Shown in pieces: positions 23,243-35,585 of a stretch of 64,000 bases of DNA. Position 1 is the stretch's first letter. The number at the start of each line of letters is the position of its first letter. The translations under genes were made by a program, and so were the position numbers. The notes under the pieces were generated by a model. That model made no database searches, had not been told where the DNA came from, and saw only the letters and a list, made by a program, of their open reading frames with translations. The stretch comes from Isurus oxyrinchus (lineage: Eukaryota), in assembly GCA_026770705.1 (NCBI GenBank), contig JANJGN010000042.1:1054001-1118000 (forward strand). The letters run 5' to 3'.

Positions 23243-23625
23243 TTGGCACAATGATTAGTCCCAAAGTCTACATTCTGTCTCCGTCAGAGGATGAGATCGA
23301 CACTGAGAATACGGCAACGCTGGTGTGTCTCGCCACCGGTTTTTATCCTGCTGAGATTTACATCGCTTGGATGGCCAATGACACCCTTCTGGATTCAGGT
23401 CATCCGAGCCAACTGGAGAGTGAGAAGGGAAATGGTTCCAGCTTCTTAGCCGGCAGATTGAGACTCACCGCAGCCGAGTGGAACACTGGCACCACTTACT
23501 CCTGTTTAGTGGGCCACCCGTCCCTCGAGAGGAATTTAATCCGAAGTATTAATAAATCCCACGGTAAACCTACTTTAGTTAATGTTTCGCTTCACCTAAC
23601 TGACAGTGTTAAATCGTGTACATAA
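23243..23625 (+). CDS. IgNAR: IgNAR C5 exon plus secretory tailpiece (internal donor at 23563/23564 for the membrane form)
   Basis: Acceptor TTTCTCTCTTTACAG|. Encodes (V)GTMISPKVYILSPSEDEIDTENTATLVCLATGFYP...EWNTGTTYSCLVGHPSL...INKSH G|GTAAA, followed by tail KPTLVNVSLHLTDSVKSCT* with an NVS sequon and penultimate Cys. Confidence 0.97.
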
Positions 23626-23850
23626 CCCGCCATGATTGACCAGGCCTTTCCTGTAGAAATGTCACCGCTGTGAGGTTCCTAATTATTTCAACATTGGAAT
23701 CAACAAATCTCCCAAACATCTGACCTCACAATCACCCTCCAGGGCAGCGAATGACTGTTCGCATTTTATACAAGTTGCCATATTATCAAAAACTCATGAA
23801 GGGTTTAGTGATGCATGGTTAGTTTGTCTGTATGTGGCACAACTGATTGC

Positions 23851-23856
23851 AATAAA
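23851..23856 (+). terminator. Poly(A) signal of secretory IgNAR mRNA
   Basis: First AATAAA after the secretory stop (225 nt downstream), followed by a GT/T-rich element (GGTTTGTCTGTGTG) about 35 nt later. Confidence 0.75.
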
Positions 23857-24679
23857 AGCAAAATGAAAATTGGCTGCCTTGCTTATTCATGGTTTGTCTG
23901 TGTGTGATATCTTCGTGGTGATCATTAATGCTTTGAAGCAAATGTATAAGATATATATGCTCTAATACCCAAAATGTGCAACACCCGTCTGTTCCTCCAC
24001 TTTTAGAAATACTTGGTGTGCTTTCAAGCAGATTACACAAAGCATCAGCGTTCTTTCAGAGTTACTGTGATTTACTCTTTCGCAATAAGGTATTTACCTA
24101 GAGGGCGGATTGAATAAATTGGAGGAAGTTACGCTCAACCTATATAGTGACAACATTCACCAAAACTGATTTTTGAATGGTTTCACTCTGATAAATCAAT
24201 TCCAGCCAGAAAAACACCTAACATTGAGAGTCTTCTAGCTTCTGACTATTTACTCATCTTCCATGTTTCAACCCGATGATGCCCCTCAACCACATATTTC
24301 TAAATCGCAATTCTTTATCCCATTTGGCCACTGACAAAGGGCTACCTCACTGCCCATTCTCTGTATTCTCCACCGCCTCTCACTTTTCCGCTGCATGTCT
24401 AGACAGTCAATATTAAGCGAGTACAGGTTGTCTCCTCGAGAATCGCAAAGCTATCATCTTTGAATCCCGCCATACACTCCATCTCCACATCTTCACTTTC
24501 AAACAAGAATCATCCAAAATTATTGAGCCGTTGGCCCAATTCACGACATGTCCCCATTTAACCATTACTCTTGTGCTGGCTCCAAGTCAAATAACTACAC
24601 CGTTTGAAAATTCTTATTCCTGTTTTTTAAATACCTGCATGGCTTTTCTCCTCGATCAACTGTTTTTTTTTAAAGTATT

Positions 24680-25420
24680 CATTCGGCTAGTTTTTGGGTC
24701 GCTGGCAAGGTCATGTTTTGTCTCTAATTGTCCTAGAGAAGATGGCGGTGACCTTTTCTCTTGAACCATTGCAAACCACGTGGCGTATGACACGCACAAT
24801 ACTGTAGGGGATTACAGGATTTAGACCCAGAAATAATGATGGAATGATGATTTAGTGGCAAGTAAAGATGGTGTGCAACTTGGAGGAGCCTTTTCAGATG
24901 ATCGTGTTCCTACGCATCTGCTGTCCTTTTCTTTCTAGATTGTAGTGGTTCCGCGCTTGGAAAGTGCTGTCAAAGTAGCGTTAGGGAGTGGCTGGAGGGT
25001 CTCTTATAGATGGGTCACACTGTTGCCACTGTGCGTCGGGAGTGAAGAAAGAAATGTTGAAAAAGTTTAACATGTTGCCGACCAAGCGGGAAACTTTATG
25101 CTGGCTATTGCTCCAGTCAGCCTGCCCTCCCGGATCCCCACGTGCCTCCAATTCAGATCTCGTGTGCATGCTCAATTTTCTTTATTTTGTCCTAATTATT
25201 TCATGGGATGTCGCTGGCAAGGCCAGCACTTGTTGCCGAATTGCCCATGAGCTGATGTATTTCTAAGTCATGGTGGAGGACAGCTTAAAAGTCAATGAAA
25301 CTGGCATGGTCCATGTACGGATTTCAGATTTCCTTCCGTCAGGGGCATTAGTGAAGCAGATCTGGTTTACAGCGTTCGGTGGCAGTTTCGTGGTCACCAT
25401 TACTAAGGCGATTTCTACTA
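24680..25420 (-). mobile_element. Two degenerate retroelement 3'-end fragments
   Basis: The GTCGCTGGCAAGG.CA family tail occurs at ~24698 and ~25210, the same family as 20371-20760 and 45170. Confidence 0.5.
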
Positions 25421-28400
25421 TTACTTGTTCACTGACATCACCGTTAGGCCACCAGCTCCCTATATCACTTATAGAATATGGGTGTCAACTGCCCAAACAC
25501 TAAGCTCTACACATGCATCGTTAAACCTGTGCGCTGCTTTTACCTATCTCTGCTACTTCAAGAAGCACATTAAAGAAACGATATTTTACAAAGATTTGTT
25601 TACTTGACCTGATTGGATCTTCCTTCACTTGGCATCAGGTGCTGTCTGATTTTGCTCCTGTAAAACACCTCGAGGCTTTTTCCCCACGTTTCTCGTGCTG
25701 CAAAGCTGCAACTTGATGTTGTTGTGCAATGAATGATCGATTTGTATAATTTCCAAAGATCGCATTCGGAGATACGCATTGATTTGAAATTATCCCCGTA
25801 TTTTTATTTTTAATCATAGCGGACATCATTAACATTTCCCTGGCTTCTGAATCAGAAGGTTGTGGATTAATCTCCTTTCCACAATTCTGGCACTTGATCG
25901 AGGCTCATATTGCAGTCGAACGGTGTGAAGGGTAGTGAAGTCTCAGTGCTGCTGTGTTTCATTTGAAAAGCATATTCTTGACCCGATCCGATAGTTCCGG
26001 CGCATGTTGAAGACTCCATGCAGAATTGCAGGAGCAGTGATATCTTCCAGAGTCTGTTATCTCTATTATATCCAGACACAGCATTATATAGACTGGCTTC
26101 CTATTTGCTCCTTTAGTTTTTTTCGGGGTGTTATTTTAGTTTAACGTGCTGTGGACTCAAACACTAAAGTATTTAAATTTTTGAAAAAGTATTATTATTT
26201 CCCCATGAAGTATTTGGGAAATTCTGAATCAGTGAAAGGTTACCTATGAAGCAGGGCATGACTTTGTTGCCACCATCGTCAACCTTGCTCAGCTCACATA
26301 ATTTAGCACACAATCTGTCCGTATGTCCAATGCGAAGCGGAGGCACCAAGAACTGATTTTTCAAGGAGAATCTCAGTCTGCAGTAAATCAACTGGTCGCA
26401 TTCGTGTTGCCAATAGTTACCCTGTTTTTTCTTCCCCCTTGTTTACGTGCATCAGGCCGCTATTCATTGTGCCCTGTTGAAAAATACACTGAAATTAAAG
26501 GCGCAGATCAGAGAGTTGGTTGGTAGGTCTCCTTACCAGGCAGTCCACAAACATCCTCGGAATCTGAAAAAGACCCAATAAAGTTTCGATGGGCAAACAA
26601 AAACATGTCAACCAGGGATCATTGCACAATTCACCTTCTGGACAGTGCATTCTGTTATACTGGGTTTACTAAGTGAGAAACAGAGCAGGGGTACAATACT
26701 TCATCCATTGTTGATCTGAAATCTCAGCCATGTCATCGAAAAATGTATGCATGGCCATGTAGAGAATATATGCCCAGGTGACTGTATTGATGTACCTGCC
26801 CAGAGTTAAGCAAATGTTGCTGAGTCTCTGAACCTCCAGTAGTTGGAGCTGCTCTTTTATGTCTTGTGGGATCACTCCGTGCTGGAAAACATCTCGCTGA
26901 GTAAAGGAAGCAGTCTTCTAAAGGGTCTGGCATCTATCGATGTTGGATGCTCATAGAGTGGCAGTTATCCAGGAAAAGAAGGAGGCCATTCGGCCTATCT
27001 ATCTGCCAAGTGTTTGGTGAAGCTGTGGATATTACACGTAATATCCCCTACTTGGCACACGTTCAAGTGCAATAGGTAAGTGAACACAACTTATATCCGT
27101 GTCCTGCACAATGTCAGTCTTTGAATTATCTCGGTACTATTCAGTTGCGTTGACTCGAGTCCGGTTGAACAGCTTAAACAGCTGGTCTTACTCCAGTACA
27201 GATATTTCTGTAGATTGCCTGATCCTACAATGCTTCATCAGCTCATATATATGAAGGGCTCATAGCCTGGTAGAATTCAAGGTAGAGTAGGTATTGTAGG
27301 ATCGACAATTTTTTCGAATTGTAAAATTGGAAGGTCTTGTTTGGTTGTTTAGAAAACGAGGCTTGTCTATCATTCAACTCTCATAGAGGGGAAACAAGCA
27401 TTTGATGAGAACGATGAATTTGGTAAAATATGACAATGTTTATTCTTTTGGTGCAGGGACACATAAAATTACGATGCTTCTGCATTCACTTAAGCCACCT
27501 GCGCTCAATACAAATCGAAAAATCAGCCAGTGGGATAGCTTGCAGAATTAGAGAGTTAGTAGTGACACGTTCAGGGGATTGAGGGAATTGTTAATGTCAC
27601 CTTTAACCAGGCGCTCACAGTTCTACCCCACAGGGTAACCATCCCTATGGTGCTATTGTGACATAATGCTGGAGCTGCCATAGGGAAATATACGACACAA
27701 TGTATTACAGAATTCACAGGACCTTAGTAACCGTGTAACCAGAGAATTGTAAACATAATATATCGCGATAGTCATAGCAAAGATGTTGATACTGCAATGC
27801 TGACGTCATCAATAACAATCCAATCTGATGACATTGGGTAAAGAGTAATGCTGCTGTTCCGATTATACTGTCAATATATATGCACCTTAACCGGTTTAAA
27901 TACTGTGAAATCATTTGTTTCTACCGACGAATGATCTTTGCCGTAAAATGTCAATACCTCCTGAGAGGTGAACATAAACTGTGCCGATGAGGTGCAGCTG
28001 AATCTTGAGTTGAAATGTGACTCCGCCCTCATTTGCCTGATGATCTCCTGGTTAGTGTAGCCTGTGAAATGCAAGTGATTCGAGCCTGAGTCCACCTTTC
28101 TATTCAGATCAGTGCCGAATTCGCCTTCTAAATAGATTTTTGATTATTTTGGTGTTAGCGGCTGCTAAAAGAGTAAAAATAAACTTCAGTCACAGGTGAA
28201 TGATCATTTTTCATGGAACGGTGCAAATAATGCAAACATTATCATTTAAAATAACTCCTCTATCCAAGGTGCGCTGTATGACCTCGATTTTCACCCCCAA
28301 CAATCATACCGTGTTTTCAGAAAATTACTTCAATCGACTTAAGGTCTTTTCATGTGCCCTGCCAGCTGCCGCCTTTATGTTATATCGAGTCTATATTCAA

Positions 28401-28440
28401 CCTGATCTCATTTATAACACAGTCCGTTTATTTATTCTAG

Positions 28441-28598
28441 AACTCCCTCAAATAATGGAAGGTATGGACGACCAATTAGTAGAGGAAGACGGATTAGAAA
28501 ACTTCGATGAGGATGTAGGCACTGCATCAACAGTAGTCGCTTTCGTCACTTTGTTCATTCTAAGTATGATATACAGCTCGTACGTGACAGTCCTTAAG
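28441..28598 (+). CDS. IgNAR: IgNAR transmembrane exon TM1 (functional copy)
   Basis: Acceptor TTTATTTATTCTAG| is in phase 1. Encodes (E)LPQIMEGMDDQLVEEDGLENFDEDVGTASTVVAFVTLFILSMIYSSYVTVLK, an acidic spacer plus the antigen-receptor TM (CART) motif FxxLFxLSxxYS. Phase-0 donor AAG|GTAAAG. Confidence 0.93.
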
Positions 28599-29170
28599 GT
28601 AAAGATGGTTCACAGTAGTATCGAGAAAATGTGTAAATTTATTCAGCAGTTGAGCTTCTTACTGAGATATAGCAAAGATACAGATGAACTAAAGATTTCA
28701 ATATTTGCATAATTTCAACCTTTCCCACAGTGTCAGGTTGAGTTTCATTACTAATTTCCATCTACATATTTTATAAGCCTCCCTATTAAGAAGATTGAGG
28801 AGAAGACTTAATGCATAGTAATATTATTGCCACATTAAGGAGCGGAATATGTCAATAATGAAAAAAAGTGCATTGTTTCTAGATTCTGGATCTTTAAGCT
28901 AATGATCAGAAACAATTGGTGATGTGATGACAAATCTCATGTATTGAGCATGAGGTTTCTGAAGTCATGCGAAGTTTTGTCTGAGAGAAAGGGGAAAGCA
29001 CAAGCAAAGCATTTGCATGGAAACCTGGATCACTGTAAAGAGTTGAAGAAAGTATTGATTGCAAATTGATGGTTGATGGATCAATGTGAATAGATGAGAA
29101 AATCACTTATTATGATTGCTGGGAGGTGGGATACAGTGGGGTTGAGGAAAGCTCTAGCTCACAATGATGT

Positions 29171-30874
29171 CTTCACGGTGGAAGACATGAGTAACCTCCC
29201 CAAAGTTCAAGAGAGTCGGAGGGTGGGGTGGGGGGGGGGGGGGGGCAGAGGTGAGTATGCTGCCATTACCAAGGAGAAGGTGCTTGGAAAACTGAAAGTT
29301 CTGAAGGTGGATAAATCACCTGGACCAGATGGATTACACCAAAGAATTCTGAAGGAGATAGCTGAAAAGACAGTGGAGGCGGTTGTTCGTGATCTTTCAG
29401 GAACCACTCGAGTCAGGGAGGGTCCCAGAGGACTGGAAAATTGCAAATGTAAGCCCTCTGTTTAAGAAGGGAATGACGCGAAAGATGGGAGATTACAGGC
29501 CAATTAGCCTGACCTCGGTCATTGGTAAGATTTTAGAGCCCAATATAAAGGTTGAGATTTCAGAATACTTGGAAGTGCATGGTAAAAGGGCAAAGTCAGT
29601 ATGGTTTCATCAAGGGGAGGTCATGCCTGACAAATCTGTTAGAATTCTTTGAGGTTGTAACGAGTAGGTTAGACAAAGGGGAGCCAATGGATGTTATCTA
29701 CTTGGACTTCCAGAAGGCCTTTGACAAGGTGCCGCACAGGAGGGTGCTCAATAAGATAAAAGCCCATGCTGTTAGAGGCAAGCTACTAGCATGGATAGAA
29801 GATGGTTGTCTGGCAGGAGGCAGAGAGTGGGGATAAGGGGATCCTTCTCAGGATGATGGCCGGTGACTAGTGGAGTTCCACAGGGGTCAGTGTTATGACC
29901 ACAACTTTTCACTTTATACATTAATGAACTCGATGAAGGAACTGAGGGCATCCTGGCTAGGTTTCCAGATAATACAAAGATAGATGGAGGGACAGGTAGT
30001 ATTGAGGAGGCGGGGAGGCTGCAGAAGGATTTGGACAGGTTAGGAGAATGGCAAAGAAGTGGCAGATGGAATACAACGTGGGGAAGTGCGAGGTCATGCA
30101 CTTTGGTAGGAAGAATAGAGGCATAGACTATTTTCTAAATGCGGAGAGAATTCAGAAATCTGGGGTGCAAAGGGATTTTCTTAAGGTTAACTTGCCGGTT
30201 GAGTGGGTAGTTAGTAAGGCAATTGCGATGTTGGCATTTATTTTGAGAGGACTAGAATATAAAAGCAAGGATGTGCTGCTGAGGCTTCATAACGCTCTGG
30301 TCAGACCACATTTAGAACATTTTGAGCAATTTTTGGCGCTGTATCTCAGGAAGGATGTGCTGGCCCTGGAGAGGGCCCAGAGGAGGTTAACAAAAATGAT
30401 CCCAGGAATGAAAGGCTTAACATATGCGGAATATTAGAGGTCTCTGGGTCTATACTCTATAGAGTTCAGCAGGATGAGGGGGGATCTGATTGAAACTTAC
30501 AGAATACTGAAAGGCCTGGATAGAGTGAACGTGCGGAGGATGTTTCCATTAGTAGGAGAGACTAGGACCCGAGGGCACAGCATCAGAGTAAAGGGAAGAC
30601 CTGTCAGAACAGAGATGAGGAGAAACTTCTTTAGCCAGAGAGTGGTGAATCTATGGAATTCATTGCCACAGAAGGTTGTGGAGGCCAGGTCATTCAGTGT
30701 ATGTAAGACCGAGATAGATAGGTTCTTGATTGGTAAGCTGATCAAAGGTTGCAGAGAGAAGGCGGGAGAAATGGTTGAGAAACTTATCAGCCAAGATTGA
30801 ATGGCGGAGCAGACTCAATAGGCCGAGTGGCTTAATTTCTGCTCCTATGTCTTATGGTCTTATGGTCTTATGGT
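29171..30874 (+). mobile_element. Relatively young 5'-truncated CR1 LINE present only in copy A
   Basis: Motifs KSPGPDG, PEDWKIANVSPLFKKG, YRPISLTSVIGKILE, DVIYLDFQKAFDKVPH, FFSQRVVNLWNSLP. Tail (TCTTATGG)3. Flanked by TGT/TGT. The empty site is at ~47681-47683 in copy B. Confidence 0.93.
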
Positions 30875-31249
30875 TGTGAGGTGAATCACTGTGAAATGAT
30901 TAGGATAGTGTAACATATGAAATGATGGGAAATGGATCACTGTGGAGAGATGAGGAAAGCAGTCACTATGGAAGAATAGGAGGTGATGTGGCCGTTGGAG
31001 AGATGAAAACAAACATTGACTATGGAAGATTACCAAACAGGAACACTGTTAACAGGTGAGAAGGGAATTGACTACGGAAAGAATGAAGAAAATGTTAGGT
31101 TTTCAATCGATAAGCAAATAATACAAATTGGTTGGCACAAAAATCCACAATCATAGAAAAATGAACTATAGATCTGGGCTTCAATTTTAGCAAATGACAA
31201 CAGTTAAGGTTAGGATTAAACCGAAGAGGAAAGATTATGTCAAGAAGAA

Positions 31250-34200
31250 GACAAAGGGAAGTTTGTGGCGCTCACCATCCTCCTTCATTCATTCAGATAG
31301 TGGCTGATCTGTGTTTTAGCGAATTAAGCATACCTTGCCGTCATGTTTATTAATATGCCTAACTAACAAAGCTCTGTCAAACGCAGTTAAATTGGAATCC
31401 AACCTCGACATTTAAATTTCCTTTTAGGCTGTGGGGAAAGTCTTAGATTGTGTCCAGCCAATGTGTAAAGAAGTGCTCCCTCGATTCGTCCCTGAAGTAG
31501 CCAAATCTACTTTTAAGTTTTTTTTTCATGTTGTTGTCATATGGTAGATTTTTGTTTTTAAATTATTACTATATTAACAGCCATACCAAGTAATTATTTA
31601 AGCAACTAAAGTAGTTCATCCTGTAATATTCAAGGCAACACAATCCAAATGTGAAGATCATGTTAGCATAATTTTAACCGTTTTATAACCGGTGTCTTTC
31701 TGGTGAATCCCTGTTCCATCCCTGCACGCACTTCCTGATGTGGGCTTCCCAGAACCGAACACAGTAACGAAAGCTTTGTACAACAGAGAAAATAGGTCTA
31801 CTGCTTTGTATTCCACCTGCCCCACGCGTGGGATTAAAGCAAACTGTCCATTTGCTTCTTTACTTATTTGTATTTCTTTCCCACTAACTTTAAGGATTTC
31901 TGTAGTTGTAAAGCTAATTATTCCAGATGTTCTATAGTTTTAATCGTCTCATTGTTAGAAAATAACAATCGTATATCTTCCTTAGTTTCAGACTAGATGA
32001 CCTCAGGTTTCCACAGGCAAATTTACCTATCATTGTGCAGAGCCTACCCCAATCCCCCATTGATTTAATATTAGGAAGACCGTTTGTGACTTTCTGCTCT
32101 TTGCTGTGCTGCTTAAGTTAGCATTGTCAGCTAACTGAGATGTATGGCTCTCTATTCCGTCTTCACAAACCACTGACAAGCATCACAAAAAATCTACATC
32201 CCAATTCAGAGGACTCCCTTGCAGAGATAATTAGCTGACTATTCTAACACTGGAAGCTCTTTCCATTATTTACTAAAATCTACTCATAATAGTTTATATT
32301 CCAATATACCAGGTTTTCCAGTGCCAATACATAACTGACATTTTTATTCCTGGTGCCATTCCAGTAATTCTCATTGCTGTTGTCACTAAGCCTTTACATC
32401 CTGCAGGGTAGTGGTCAGAACTGGAGGCAATACTGATCCATAGTTGGTGGAATATTCCCCACCTCTGGCGCGAGGGGAGCTGACGTGTAGGTCAACTGCA
32501 TAATGTTATCCTATTTTTGGACAGGGCGTGTCATTGATAAGCTCCCATTCCCCTGTAACTAGACCCATATCAAAGCAGAACTGGAACGTTGTGTCCAGAC
32601 TATCTGTAATTGTAATCCTACTTCACTAATCTGTTTCGGATGTATCCCATCCAGCTGGGTGAATTTTTCACTTTGCGCACTGGCAGAACATTATCTTCTT
32701 CCCCTGCATCTGTGTTTCTCCTCTCTGTTTTGTCTTTCCAGTGTCACCTCCTGATTGTAACATTTGCAGCGTTATCTTCTTCCCTGAAGACATATGCAAA
32801 GTATTAAATTAGTCCCAAAGTCGGTCCCTCTGCCTCCAGAACAGAGTTACCTTTCGCTTTCTAATCGGATCACTCTTACTTTGGCTACACGTTTTCTCTT
32901 TACAAGTTTAGAACAGAGGTTTAGACTCACCTCTCTGTTACCAGATAATCTATTGCGAAATGCTCTTTGCCACTTTTACATAAGCTCTTATCACTACCTT
33001 CGTGTGCTTTGTGAAAATAAACTATAACCACTCAGAGAGCCTCCTTTTGTTAATTTAGTGTTTTGCTTTCAGTCTTTCATTTCAATCCATTTGGAGCACG
33101 TCACCTTTCCATTCAACGAAATTAACGCCACCTCCGTTGAATATTGTCACAAATGATTAGTCCTACGAATCCATATGTACTTTAAACATAATAATATTAT
33201 CAGTCGTTTCCCATATTATCTCCGTCTGCTACATGATTCACTTAATTCCTTAGAGCTAGATTCGCCACCGCTTCCTTCCTTGCTGGGAGGTAAAACACAG
33301 TGACCACGAGAACAATCTTCTCTACATTGCAGGAGTTCCTCCATGTCTTTTTGTTTGATACTGTTTCATTCAGCCTCATATAATAAATGATGCCCCCTAT
33401 CGCCAATACGCTGAATGCCTCGCAAATTTCTGTGATGTTCCTGTAGTTTTGCTCCTCCATTTCCTCCCCACTATGTTGTGGTCCATAGTATACACCTAGC
33501 ACCTAATAGTCTTTTCTGCTATTCATCAGTTCTACTGAAACAAATTCCGTGTTTGAACTCTCAAGTGCACCAACACTTTCTCGTACTTAAAAAATATATT
33601 TGATAAAAGTACCACCCTCCCTCCTTTTTCCCTTCCTCATCTTACCTCAAAGCATTGTCGACATGATTACAAAATTGTTATTTCTTCCTTCATCTCACCT
33701 AGTTCTCTGTTATTGCCGTTACAACATAATACTATATGGCCTCTCGTGCCTGCAGCCCAATGATGTTAATTAAAATTTACCGGGAATTAACACACATGGA
33801 CACAACGTGATCGTGGATTGTTTTGCAATTCTTCTTTTATTAACCCTTCTAACTCGGAGCTGTACTTCAATCAAATCCAGTTTGTGTATTTACGCTCTCT
33901 GCAACTTTTCTCTGCCCTCTAATTCTTCATCTGCTGGGTGGGGAATGGACCACCTCTGCCATTCTCATTTAAACCCTCCGCCACGATTTGGTTATTATTT
34001 CTGCGACGGCATTGATTCCAGTCCTCTTTGTGTGCAAGGTGGCCACCTTGTTCAGGTCCCAGCAACCCCTCAAATGGCCCCACTGGCCCCATATTTTGAA
34101 GCATCTTCTGAACAGTTTCACCACTCGTACATTAACCTGATTTATGTTGCTGCTCTTGCACTAACTGTTCTGTAGCACTGGGGATAATCGGGGGATTGCC

Positions 34201-34720
34201 AACATGAAGGTTGTGCGCTAGGTGCTGAAACTATTTCGGTCTACCTCAATCCTTTCCCTACCTGTATCATTGGTTGAAACATGGACAGTGATATTTGGTC
34301 ATTTTCCTTTCCTTCTCAAAATCTTCTTCATCCACTCAATGATGTTACTGACTTTGGCACAATTGAGGTAAAGTGTAACTCATGTTGGTGGTGGCAGAAA
34401 CGCCGGCCAATTCTGTGGAATATCAGGTTTCCTAACAAACTGCAATCCTCCACTTTGTGATTCACTGACGTGTTTCAATCTCGCCCATAGACACGTGGAT
34501 GATTACTAGACAGCTCTACTCAAAGCCCTGCAAACTGATTTGAATATGTAATAACCCTGGAGGATTCCTGCACTGTGAGCATTTCCTTAACCTATCGGAT
34601 GGCCAACCATTTACAAACATCCTGAACACTGGATCGGCAGGATGACAACCTCCTGTAATTAATGCACTTCAGGAGATTCTGAGGCCCGCAGTAACTCCAG
34701 CTGCTCCTCGGTTAATGTAC
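31250..34720 (-). mobile_element. Old, long degenerate CR1 LINE (ORF1 esterase, endonuclease and RT remnants); paralog at ~48070-51570
   Basis: The reverse strand gives VHVSTNDTGRERIE (ORF1 esterase, VHVGTND-like), LGVYYGP (endonuclease) and DGMHQK/WKLINNVP (RT region, seen in copy B). Boundaries are approximate. Confidence 0.65.
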
Positions 34721-35506
34721 ACGAGTTGTTTGAGTTCCATTGTACCTTACTCATGTTTATTATTTTATTCATGTTGGAAACATGATGTTTATTTATGAAT
34801 ATTGATCCGGGAAATTTTGGTGCTCTCTACTGTGGAACTGTGAACCGAAGTCCCGTTTGCTTACTCAGTCAGAAGCAAACGATCCTATGACACTATTTTG
34901 AAGAAAGGCAAGGAAGTTCTCCCCAGTGCTCTGGTAAACAAATCACTCAATCAACATCATGGAAAGCAGATTATCAGGTCATTATCACATTGAGCTTTCT
35001 GGTAGATTACTGTGTGGAAATGGACTGCCACGTTCCATACATTACAAAACTGATTACAGCTCAGGAGGATTTCACTGGCCAGAAAGCGTGCTGGACGTTC
35101 TGAGGTAGTAATAGCGCTCCATAAATTTGGTTTTTCCTTTTTTACTCAATATTTCTCTCACTTATCTATAATGATTTTCCAACTGTCTATCTGCTTATTT
35201 ATCTATCATTTTGAATAAAGACTTATTCCATAGATTGCACGTGGTTTTATACCCCTCTGTATAATCCAGTAGGAGAGCGACATTTTGGTAGAGCTGGAGA
35301 CAATGGATATGTCTGAAATTAAACAAGTTGATAAATATCAAAATCTGAAAACTTACACCTTCAAGTGTGAACATTTTTAAGTTTCTCTCTCACACTTGAT
35401 ATGTTTCACTCATCTTTCTAGCTTTCCATCTCTTTCCGACTAACCATCTCCCAGCCATCTATCTGTTTATATCTGTATGTATTTAGTAATATTCCTCTCA
35501 TGCATG

Positions 35507-35522
35507 CACACACACACACACA

Positions 35523-35567
<45 letters not shown>

Positions 35568-35585
35568 ACACATACACACACATAC
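35507..35585. repeat. (CA)n microsatellite; shorter paralog at ~52384-52406
   Basis: Read directly from the sequence. Confidence 0.95.

Noticed and set aside
28200-28440. Open frame upstream of TM1 as a longer extracellular spacer
   Set aside because: No Ig-like or spacer character, a strong acceptor at 28440, and copy B has indels in this stretch.
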